The position numbers and the translations under genes are program-made. Positions 19,498 to 28,876 of a stretch of DNA of 32,000 bases are shown here, piece after piece. This DNA comes from Mycobacterium leprae TN. GTDB lineage: Bacteria > Actinomycetota > Actinomycetes > Mycobacteriales > Mycobacteriaceae. Within the stretch, counting starts at the first letter, position 1; each line of letters opens with the position of its first letter. The DNA is taken from the NCBI RefSeq assembly GCF_000195855.1, contig NC_002677.1, positions 240,001 through 272,000 on the forward strand. The letters run 5' to 3'. A model generated the notes under the pieces. It saw nothing but the letters and a program-made list of their open reading frames with translations. It ran no database searches and was not told the origin of the DNA.

Positions 19498-20190
19498 TGT
19501 TGTTGATGTTGGGTTTGGTTTGGGTGGTGGTGTTGTGGTGGGCTGGTGGGGTGTGGGTGGTTGATCTGCGCTAGAAGGTTGCCGTATGTGCCGCCGACGG
19601 CCGGATCATCGATGCACTGTTCACTAACACGATACTGCTGCACCCGGCGGCATGCCTGCTTGCTGGCTGAGGGCCGGTCAACAAGCCGCCGACACCGATA
19701 CCAGCGGCAGAAATGGTGCAAGGGATAACATCAGGTGCGAATAGTTATACCGTGCACGGGGACGTGCCTGTTCAGGTGCGGCCACATTGACCACGCCGAC
19801 ACCTCAAGGCCATGACATGCACACTAAAACGCCCCTACCCCGCGGCGCTAACAACTACCCTCACACCCACGCCTGCATCGATATCGCCTTCAGCACAGCC
19901 CAGGTGCCCAGCCCCTGGCATCATCAACATGTAGACCAAGCAGCACCCACCACCGACATGCTTACGTGCGCCGCGCTAATCGTGTCCACTGCGGCAAAGC
20001 ACACGAAGCCTCATCGAAAGCAGGCAGTCAGCCACCCACCAACAAAAACCCCGCAACACAGCAAAACACGTCAACAGGATTCCGGGCTGCCCCCCACGAC
20101 TACCGAACATATCGGCCAGTCATAAAACGCAAAAACAGCCATTTCACCCACCACCTATGAAACCAACCGAACAACTCACCGCCACAGACA
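19498..20190. mobile_element. RLEP dispersed repeat of M. leprae (boundaries approximate)
   Basis: Contains both outer RLEP PCR primer sites: CACCGATACCAGCGGCAGAA starting at 19693, and the reverse complement of TGCATGTCATGGCCTTGAGG ending at 19821, exactly 129 bp apart. The nested primer sites CAGAAATGGTGCAAGGGA and the complement of TGAGGTGTCGGCGTGGTC lie inside. Left edge is GT-rich just after the rsmI stop, right part is AC-rich. The right boundary may extend to about 20400. Confidence 0.9.
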
Positions 20191-21309
20191 CAAGACAGCA
20201 GAGCCCGGGAACCGTCGCAGCTATGTACAGGCCTTGAACGGACCAAGTTTGGGGTCCGCATATGTGGTGGCAGGGCCGGCAGTTTGAGGGTGCGGCAGGG
20301 CTGCGAGAATTGCTGGTGGCGTCGGTAGCTCTGGGGACAGGGCTGGGACACCCACGACGGACGCGGGGGGAACACCCGCTCCTACCGTATCGTAGGATAG
20401 ATTGAACCTGCCGAGTGATAATCAGTCCCGCCACGGTGCGCTGCCACCATTTCGGTGGTCGGGCCAGACCTGCTTGCGATGCCGCTACCGATCAAGAATT
20501 GTCGACTCCGCCGTTTTGTCCCGTCTATTTAGGGGAGCCGTTGCCGATTAGAAGTCGCCAAACACCGTCTCGGTAGGCGCATCGGTACTGCTGGGTAGAT
20601 CCTTGCACCACGATACGCAACGGTGAGGAATTCGAGGTTTCGGCGGCCGCATGTTGTTCGGGCGGCGGTCAAGGCGTGCACGAACTGATTATGGAGCATC
20701 GCCGCTTGAGCGCTGAGTGCCTGATACGGCGGGCCGTAGAATAGCGAATACCACAGCTATGGCTGCCGGAGCCTCGTAGTGCCCATTGTTACTAGCTGCC
20801 TGTTCGAGGCAACGGCGGCGTTATTGGCTGCCGTTAGCAGTATCTCCGGGGTCGCGATCACGAATCGATAACTGAAACTTGCGAACATCTTCTGACCACT
20901 CAAGATCGTTAAGAGTCCACGGCATAGTGGCCGAGTGCACGACGTCTCCTGTTTGGCGAGTCGGACTGATAAAGATCGAGCTGGGTGTCGTACATCGATA
21001 TCCGTTTAGAGCCAATGTTATTGCAGTCTTCGGAATTTTGTCACACAGCTTTCTAGCGGTTTGGTGTAAGGTTTATAGTGGTAATCACCGATGCGCCGAG
21101 GTGGTCTACGATTCTGTTATAGGGTGTCCACGACCTGGCCGCCATGCCGAAATACCTCGGCTTACCGATCAGCGCTGTGATGCGCCTATTGTGCTACTCT
21201 GGCACAGATCGGGCGGGGGAGATAGTAAATGCCTAATGGGCTGCTCGACCTGCTCACCGATATTCTAGCGATGACTGGATTCAGGCCTTGTCAGTTGTGG
21301 CTTTCGTCA

Positions 21310-22333
21310 GTCTTGCATCGGCGAGTTGACCATTTGTGAAGCAATCGCAGCAAGACTAGACAGGGCTAAAACGTATCAGGTTCTAGTTTCACCCGGTTGA
21401 CGGTTACATGTACCAGCGCCCAATCGTTGTCGAACCTCCGAATTTGTAGTATACTTTCGTTTGCTTTGTGGACGATTTCCTTTGTCATGGATGACATCAC
21501 GAGCCCCGTTCCGATGTTGTTACTCCGGTTGCTTATCCAACTGATTGTCCTGCCAATCGTAGAATGGACAGGGCGCGTCAAGCCATTTCAACCGATCCCA
21601 ATTGATGAGCTCGAAGAGCGCCCGATTCACTCTCGCCCGTGCTGCCCTGTTGAGGATTCGCTAGATCAGATCCTCGACGGATGCTGGTGGATCTTTGAGC
21701 GCCAGCATGCTAGTTGATTACCCGTGGGGTTAGGTGGTAGTGGCCTTTTAGCCCCGGTTACAACGTGTTGTGCGCGCCGAAGCCTATCCTGATCGGTTTT
21801 CTCTGCCAATCGGTGAGATCCCAGTTGCTATAAAGCGTTTGCCTTCCGCAGATATAAATGTACCATTGCAAGCATCTTCGTTTCGTTGTGCTTGAGTTCG
21901 GGCGAAAGAAAATCTTCCGCGAAAGCCCTGCCATAGATGACTTTCACTCCGGGATTCTTACCACTATTGTCCAGCGACTCTCTGGTCTCGGTGACCCCAC
22001 GTCACAAGTTAGGTCGCACGTCAAGGGGCCAGGGATCGGCAGCCCTGGCGGTTACTCATCGCCAGCGTGTCCGGCACCTGCACACAGTTGTCGAACATAA
22101 TCAACGGTTCGATGCAGATAACGCGGTCGAGCTTGGTTGTGATGCTTGTGAGGCTCTAGCCGGTTCGCAGCGACTGGGTTATCGCTGTTCGTCCTGCTGA
22201 GAGACAGGGGCGGTGCCACAGGAACGTGGTGATCGGGACGAGGTTCTTGAGTTGGCGGTCCTGCGCGGCCACGACGGGTTCGTCCCCCAGCGTTTCCACG
22301 AGTAGCCCGTTGCGGGTTATTCGGCCAAGGCAT
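21310..22333 (-). pseudogene. Rv3651-like conserved protein, frameshifted
   Basis: Minus strand out-of-frame segments: NGLLVETLGDEPVVAAQDRQLKNLVPITTFLWHRPCL near 22210-22320; CEPARASQ/ETVRTGQSLT-like and DRVICIEPLIMFDN segments around 22060-22150; VMSSMTKEIVHKANESILQIRRFDNDWALVHVTVNRVKLEPDTF at 21382-21500. Confidence 0.7.
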
Positions 22334-23214
22334 ACTTAGTTGAAGTTGAACAGTCGGGTAGATCTGCTGGCAGATGCTTAATCTACGCGGTCCTTGATTG
22401 TTTTGCCGCGTAGGGCGCGCTGCGTCGCTGGAGTATATATATAGCAGCACAAGATAATTGGTTGTGACGACCGTGACCACAGGCACGCTGGGGCTGTTTG
22501 CGAGCTCACTGCGTGTGATCGCGGCGATTGCTGATCTGATGTTTGCAGATCCGAAGCTACCTGGACAAACTTGGTCGGCTGGACTTATCGCACAACTTAA
22601 GTGCAGGCTCGCCGGTTATGGCAACCTGTGTATCCCGCCCTGGCGGAGCAGCTGCCAAGGTGTTGCCGCCAACCTCGTTGGTCCTGTCAGTACCGGCAAT
22701 CTGGCCGAATTTACCAGCACCATCAGCGTTGCTATGATAATTATGGGACTGTAAGTGTCGTGGTGCATCAGTAGGCGTCCCGCCATCGTCGGGGCGGGCG
22801 CGTTTATCAGGTTGAGTAACTCTTGCAGAAGATTTTGGCTTAATGCGGTGTTGGCCGGCGTAGACGATTGCACCCAAGTTTTGATCGACGCCACCCGTCC
22901 GGCTGGTGTCGATCGCGCACAGTGCGTGGTTACACCAAGCAACGCCTATCTCCAGATTAAGGACAACGTCGCTAAGCTTGTCATCCGCGGTTGTGGTGAA
23001 CTGAGTTGCGCACCCCGTTCGGAGCGAGGTGATTTACTGTTACGTCACTATGTTTCAGGATCACGAACGGATTGTTTTGTCCGAAACGTTTGAAGTGCGG
23101 TGTGACGGCAGTTCGGTATTTCGTTGCAAACGAAGCAGTGCGTTCGGGTGTTGTGACGGCACAGGTCTGTGGACGTCAACCGTCGAAGGGTCGGTCTCCA
23201 TTCACTGTAGCTAA

Positions 23215-24560
23215 GTGTGACTCGTGACACAACTTGGCAAGCACCTGTGCCACGCCGGCTTTATCAAGGAGTCGTTATCACGTTGTGTGTACTGCACATA
23301 CAACAGACATCCGTTCGGGCATTTGCCTGCCTGGATATCTGCTGTGTTGGCGCCCAACCAGATATGTGCTTGGCGGAATCCGCGTTCGGCGAATCCTGCC
23401 CCGCCGGGATAGCCATCTTTAGACAAACAATACTGGGCAAAATCCATTAGGGGCCGATCACGGCGGACTGGACGCCAATGTTGCCACGATCGCAGTTGGT
23501 CAGCAAGGTAGCAGTCCAATGGTTGAGTGTTCAGCGGCGTGCAACGACCCGGTGTCCAGTCTTTGGTCAATACCTTTGCAGCACAAAGCATAATGCAATA
23601 CGTGAAGGTGATGTCGGTGAGTTCGCGCTCGAGGGCAACATAATTGGTATCCGCAGCTTGCACGAGGAATATCTGGCCACTGACCGAACCCGTATATCCA
23701 CTTCGGCCTGTGATTCCAGGCTTGGTGCCGGGAAATACCTGTCGGATTGGCGCTGCCGCAACCCGTCGTCTACCGGATCATCGGTCACCGACCTCCGCCC
23801 CGCTGGGATCTCCGCAGTACAGGATCAGTTATGATGTGCTCGACCTGCTTGTCCAGCAGCGCGGGGGAGTGGACCAGGTACGTGTTCAGCGGATAGTCAC
23901 GAGCAGTCAGCACCACCAGCCCGCCTTGGCCGCGCCGACCTGAGCGGCCAGCCTGTTGTCAGCACGAGGCGACTGTCCCGGGGAAGTTGGCGAGCACCCC
24001 CCGTGTCTAAACCGGCGTTATCAATTCCCAGCGCCAGCGCGTTGATGATAGTCAGGCTGTGCAGCCGGCCCTGCTCTACTGTGTTGCGATCCGCGGCGAG
24101 ATACGACGCCGTCGTGTCCGACAGTTTCGGGGCAAAATCGTTCAGCCGCGCCGCCGCACACAGCACGGTTAGTTCCTCAGCGTATCGCGACCGCATGAAC
24201 GTCAAGAGTTCTGCGGCTTCCCTCATTGATCAGGTCTGACCATCACTTGTGCCGCCTTGGCGCCCGCGTAGCGGCGCCCGGGAAGTTGATGGGCCAGTGA
24301 TTTTCCCGACGCGGTGCCGGTGCTCACAACACACATGGGTGCCGGAGTCAGTCAGCTCAGCGGCCACGGACTGATGTGACCATGGGGAGCTGATGTTGCG
24401 GTAGGGGAAACGCTCGTACTATGCTGGTTTGGCCCAGGCTGGCCAACGACCCTGCTGGCCGCCGCAGGATAGTAGTTTCGGCAACGTGGCGCCACGGATG
24501 ATAGTCTAGTGTGGTAACAGTGAGCGCGGCGGCAAGCAGTTCGCTATCGAAATTCACCAT
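23215..24560 (-). pseudogene. Rv3649-like (MrfA-type) DEAD/DEAH helicase, degraded with a large internal deletion
   Basis: Minus strand fragments: MVNFDSELLAAAL; PWSHQSVAAELTDSGTHV; motif I VSTGTASGKSLAHQLP (complement of 24295-24325 region); REAAELLTFMRSRYAEELTVLCAAARLNDFAPKLSDTTASYLAADR...NALALGIDNAGLD; motif VI QQAGRSGRRGQGGLVVLTARDYPLNTYLVHSP; C-terminal DGYPGGAGFAERGFRQAHIWLGANTADIQAGKCPNGC. Confidence 0.88.
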
Positions 24561-24897
24561 TTCACAACCTCCTTGGTTCCTTGCGATTCCCCGGTTGCCG
24601 GTGTATGGCTCGGAAAGCCAGCGTAAGGATGACGCTGAGGTTAATGGAGATTATCTCGTTAGGAATCCACTCCACGACATAGAGTCTGTCGCCGGGACGA
24701 GGAACATGATTGACTGGTGGCGGTCGTAGCTTCTGTGTTCGTGTCACACTTTCGCAGGAACAACGTTGCGGTCGCGGTTCCTGCGAGGTTATTGGTCGGG
24801 TGAAGTTCCGGCGACTCCGCGAGGTATGGCGGTCGTACTCGGCCCGGGGCATCGAAAGGCGGTGCTCTGCATGCAGAAGAAAAGGAAAGATCGAGAG

Positions 24898-25101
24898 ATG
24901 CCACAGGGAACTGTGAAGTGGTTCAACGCGGAGAAGGGGTTCGGCTTTATCGCCCCCGAAGACGGTTCTGCGGATGTTTTTGTCCACTACACTGAGATTC
25001 AGGGTTCGGGCTTCCGCACCCTTGAAGAGAACCAGAAGGTCGAGTTTGAGATCGGCCACAGCCCCAAGGGCCCCCAAGCCACTGGAGTTCGCTCCGTCTG
25101 A
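24898..25101 (+). CDS. cspA: Cold shock protein (Rv3648c/CspA-like, 67 aa)
   Basis: ATG 24898: [70 protein letters not shown]1 KGFGFI and RNP2 VFVHY. GAGAG-type RBS upstream. Confidence 0.96.
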   Translation: MPQGTVKWFNAEKGFGFIAPEDGSADVFVHYTEIQGSGFRTLEENQKVEFEIGHSPKGPQATGVRSV

Positions 25102-25212
25102 CCCGGCAGATTCTGGCGAAACCCCTGTGTCCTCCCGCTTAGCGGGTGCGGCCGGGGGTCTTCGTTATCTAGCTGCTGTTCGATACCGTCGTCCTGGCTT
25201 ACTGTCGGGGGT

Positions 25213-25815
25213 GTGAGTCAGCTTTCCTTCTTCACGGCCGAGTCGCTACTCCCCGCAATAGCCGATCTTGCCGGTGTGCTGGCGGCTTCCGGCCAGATCG
25301 TGGTGGTTAGCGCTTCTGGTCAAAGTCCCGCCCCGGCCGCTCGGCTTTCGGTAGTGGTAGATCAGCTCTGGCGTGCCTCGGCGCTGGCCGAGATGATTAG
25401 CGAGGCTGGTTTGGTACCCGAGATTTCTCGGACTGAGGAAGACACTCCGCTGGTCAGGACGGCGGTGGACCCGTTGTTGTGTCCGATCGCCGCCGAATGG
25501 ACACGCGGCGCGGTGAAGACGGTGCCCCCGCGATGGTTGCCCGGGCCGCGCGAGCTGCGCGCGTGGATTTTGGCGGCCGGCGTCCCGGAGGCCGCCAACC
25601 GTTACCTGCTGGGTCTAGATCCGCACGCACCCGATACCCACTCACCGTTGGCGTCAGCTCTGATGCGGGTCGGAATTGCGCCCACCCTAATCGGCACCCG
25701 CAGTGGTCGACCGGCGCTTCGGATCAGCGGCCGTCGTAGGCTATCGCGCCTGTTAGAAAACGTTGGGGAACCTCCCGACTGGGCCGAGGCGTTAGCGTTG
25801 TGGCCGCGGGTTTAG
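25213..25815 (+). CDS. Conserved mycobacterial hypothetical protein (Rv3647c-like), GTG start
   Basis: 200 aa intact ORF between the cspA-like gene and topA, the conserved position in mycobacteria. No clear domain recognised. Confidence 0.75.
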   Translation: MSQLSFFTAESLLPAIADLAGVLAASGQIVVVSASGQSPAPAARLSVVVDQLWRASALAEMISEAGLVPEISRTEEDTPLVRTAVDPLLCPIAAEWTRGAVKTVPPRWLPGPRELRAWILAAGVPEAANRYLLGLDPHAPDTHSPLASALMRVGIAPTLIGTRSGRPALRISGRRRLSRLLENVGEPPDWAEALALWPRV

Positions 25816-26014
25816 CGTACCGTTAAGCCCTTTGTTTGGTGCAGTCGGTTTGCGCAAGCTCACCCAAGGGTGCGAAATTGTCAATTGCCCGCAGGCGGAG
25901 AGATGTCAACGCAGCTGACTTTCATCGGAGTCTTAGATAGCAGGCCGGTAATTTCTTCGTGAAGGGGGATCTCGCAAGGGACCGGAATAAGATGATGATG
26001 GAGCGTAACCGAAG

Positions 26015-28876
26015 TTGGCTGACCCGAAGTCGATGAAGGGCCCCAGGGGTTCTAGGAGCGGCAGAAATGGGAGCCCGCGGCGACTTGTTATAGTCGAGTC
26101 GCCGACGAAAGCGCGCAAATTGTCCGGCTATCTAGGATCTGCGTACATAGTCGAATCATCCCGGGGGCATATCCGTGACCTGCCGCGGACGGCGGCTGAT
26201 GTGCCCGCGAAGTTCAAGTCTGAGCCGTGGGCTCGGCTGGGCGTAAACGTCGACGCAGACTTTGAACCGCTCTACATCATCACCCCCGAGAAGAAGAGCA
26301 CCGTCACTGAACTCAAAGGTCTGCTCCAAGGAGTCGACGAGCTCTATCTGGCCACAGATGGTGACCGCGAGGGCGAAGCCATCGCCTGGCACCTGATGCA
26401 GACTCTGAAACCGCGAGTTCCGGTCAAGCGGATGGTTTTCCACGAGATCACCGAGCACGCGATCCTCGCCGCCGCTGCGCATCCCCGTGAACTGGATATT
26501 GACCTGGTTGACGCGCAGGAGACCCGACGCATCCTGGACCGGCTGTACGGGTATGAAGTTAGTCCGGTACTGTGGAAGAAGGTAGCGCCTAAGCTTTCGG
26601 CGGGCCGAGTGCAATCGGTGGCCACCCGCATCATCGTGCAGCGTGAACGCGACCGGATGGCGTTCTGCAGCGCGGTGTACTGGGACATTGTTGCCAAGCT
26701 GGACGCCAGCGTGTCCGATCCGACCGCCCAGCCGCTCACCTTTGTCGCCCGTCTGACGGCTGTAGATGGCTTGCGGGTCGCCACCGGCCGCGATTTCGGT
26801 GCGATGGGCACGCTGCGTGGAGACTGTGAGGTCTCCAAAATCATTGTCCTCGACGACCTGACCGCAACCACGTTGGCCGCAGGATTGCGCGGCGCTCAGC
26901 TTACCGTGGCCTCAGCGGAAGAGAAGCTCTACACTCGGCGACCGTATCCGCCATTCATGACGTCGACGCTGCAACAGGAAGCCGGACGCAAGTTGCGATT
27001 CTCTGCGGAACGCACGATGAGCATCGCCCAGCGGCTATATGAGAACGGTTACATTACCTACATGCGTACCGACTCGACCACGTTGTCTGAGTCGGCTATC
27101 AACGCCGCTCGTACGCAGGCGCGTCAGCTCTACGGCGAGGAGTACGTCTCTGACTCGCCGCGTCAGTACACCCGCAAGGTAAAGAACGCACAGGAAGCCC
27201 ACGAGGCCATCCGGCCTGCAGGAGAGACGTTCGCTACCCCGGACGCGGTGTGTAATGAACTCGACGGTGACGAATTCCGGATCTACGAGCTGGTATGGCG
27301 GCGTACTGTAGCTTCTCAGATGGCCGACGCTCGCGGTACCACGCTGAGCTTGCGGATCGAGGGCCGAGCCGGCGAGCAACACGTTGTCTTCTCAGCTTCC
27401 GGGCGCACCCTGACCTTCCCCGGCTTCCTGAAGGCCTATGTGGAAACCGTGGACGAGCTGGCCGGCGGCGAGGCTGACGACGCTGAGCGTCGACTACCGC
27501 ATCTGACCTCTGGTCAGCTGCTGGATGTCATCGATCTGACTCCGGACGGGCACGCCACCAACCCTCCGGCCCGCTATACGGAAGCTTCTTTGGTTAAAGC
27601 GTTGGAGGAGTTGGGTATCGGCCGCCCGTCGACGTACTCATCGATCATAAAGACCGTCCAGGACCGCGGCTATGTGCAGAAGAAGGGCAGCGCCCTGGTG
27701 CCGTCGTGGGTCGCGTTCGCAGTTACCGGCCTTTTGGAGCAGCATTTCGGCCGTCTCGTCGACTACGATTTCACCGCCGCGATGGAAGACGAGCTCGATG
27801 AGATCGCTAACGGGAATGAGCAACGTACCAACTGGCTCAACAACTTCTACTTTGGTGGCAACCACGGTGTGTCCGATTCAATAGCCCGCTCCGGCGGCTT
27901 GAAGAAGTTGGTCGGCGTGAATATTGAAGGGATTGATGCACGAGAGGTCAATTCCATCAAACTGTTTGACGATGAGCACGGTCGTCCTGTCTATGTTCGG
28001 GTAGGCAAGACTGGGCCGTATCTGGAACGCTTGTTGGCAGGCGATGATGGTGAACTTACCCCGCAGCGGGCAAACCTCAACGGCACACTCACTCCGGATG
28101 AGCTCACCTTGGAGGTTGCCGAGGAGCTTTTCGCCACACCGCACGAGGGGCGCGTTCTGGGGGTGGATCCCGAAACTGGCCACGAGATCGTCGCCAAAGA
28201 CGGTCGGTACGGGCCTTATGTGACTGAGGTCCTGCCTAAGCACGATGACGACTATGGTGCAGCGGATCAGGGAACTAAGAAAACTAAGAAGGGTAGGAGG
28301 GCTTCCGCTTCTCAAGGCCCCAAACCGAGGACCGGGTCTTTGCTGCGGAGCATGGATTTGCAAACGATCACTCTCGAGGATGCATTGAAACTGTTGTTGC
28401 TGCCTCGGGTTGTCGGTGTGGACCCTGCGTCCGGTGAAGAGATCACCGCGCAGAACGGGCGTTATGGTCCATATCTGAAGCGCGGCAAAGATTCTCGACC
28501 ACTAACAACTGAAGACCAGATGTTCATCATTACTCTCGACGAGGCGTTAAAGATCTACGCTGAACCGAAACGTGCTGGTCGACAAAGTACTTCGCCGCCG
28601 CCTTTGCGTGAGCTGGGGACTGATCCGACGTCGGGCAAGCCAATGCTGATCAAGGACGGCCGGTTCGGCCCGTATGTCACCGACGGTGAGACCAACGCTA
28701 GCCTGCGCAAGGGTGATGACGTGGTGTCGATAACCGATGAACGTGCCGCCGAATTGTTGGCTGACCGACGGGCCCGAGGTCCGGTTAAGCGGCCTGCTAA
28801 GAAGGCTCGCAAGGTCCCGGCGAAGAAGGCAGCTAGACTGGCTCCGGCCCGCGGGATCAGCCAGTCACCTCGCTAG
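26015..28876 (+). CDS. topA: DNA topoisomerase I, probable TTG start
   Basis: Toprim RRLVIVESPTKARKLSGYLG, TDGDREGEAIAWHL, catalytic Tyr in YITYMRTDSTTLS, C-terminal repeats (DPASGEEITAQNGRYGPYLKRG; DPTSGKPMLIKDGRFGPYVTDGE) and a basic tail (PAKKARKVPAKKAARLAPARG). Confidence 0.96.
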   Translation: MADPKSMKGPRGSRSGRNGSPRRLVIVESPTKARKLSGYLGSAYIVESSRGHIRDLPRTAADVPAKFKSEPWARLGVNVDADFEPLYIITPEKKSTVTELKGLLQGVDELYLATDGDREGEAIAWHLMQTLKPRVPVKRMVFHEITEHAILAAAAHPRELDIDLVDAQETRRILDRLYGYEVSPVLWKKVAPKLSAGRVQSVATRIIVQRERDRMAFCSAVYWDIVAKLDASVSDPTAQPLTFVARLTAVDGLRVATGRDFGAMGTLRGDCEVSKIIVLDDLTATTLAAGLRGAQLTVASAEEKLYTRRPYPPFMTSTLQQEAGRKLRFSAERTMSIAQRLYENGYITYMRTDSTTLSESAINAARTQARQLYGEEYVSDSPRQYTRKVKNAQEAHEAIRPAGETFATPDAVCNELDGDEFRIYELVWRRTVASQMADARGTTLSLRIEGRAGEQHVVFSASGRTLTFPGFLKAYVETVDELAGGEADDAERRLPHLTSGQLLDVIDLTPDGHATNPPARYTEASLVKALEELGIGRPSTYSSIIKTVQDRGYVQKKGSALVPSWVAFAVTGLLEQHFGRLVDYDFTAAMEDELDEIANGNEQRTNWLNNFYFGGNHGVSDSIARSGGLKKLVGVNIEGIDAREVNSIKLFDDEHGRPVYVRVGKTGPYLERLLAGDDGELTPQRANLNGTLTPDELTLEVAEELFATPHEGRVLGVDPETGHEIVAKDGRYGPYVTEVLPKHDDDYGAADQGTKKTKKGRRASASQGPKPRTGSLLRSMDLQTITLEDALKLLLLPRVVGVDPASGEEITAQNGRYGPYLKRGKDSRPLTTEDQMFIITLDEALKIYAEPKRAGRQSTSPPPLRELGTDPTSGKPMLIKDGRFGPYVTDGETNASLRKGDDVVSITDERAAELLADRRARGPVKRPAKKARKVPAKKAARLAPARGISQSPR

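Noticed and set aside
19546-20434. Short ORFs inside and just after RLEP (e.g. 19787-20125, 20144-20434) as a transposase
   Set aside because: Low-complexity Thr/His/Pro-rich translations with no transposase motifs. RLEP is known as a non-coding dispersed repeat.
22432-22443. Short (TA)n run as a variable microsatellite
   Set aside because: Only about five TA units; variability cannot be supported from one sequence, though it could be genotyped.
24562-25077. 171-aa minus ORF antisense to the cold shock gene
   Set aside because: Mirror of the conserved cspA-like CDS, and no family match.
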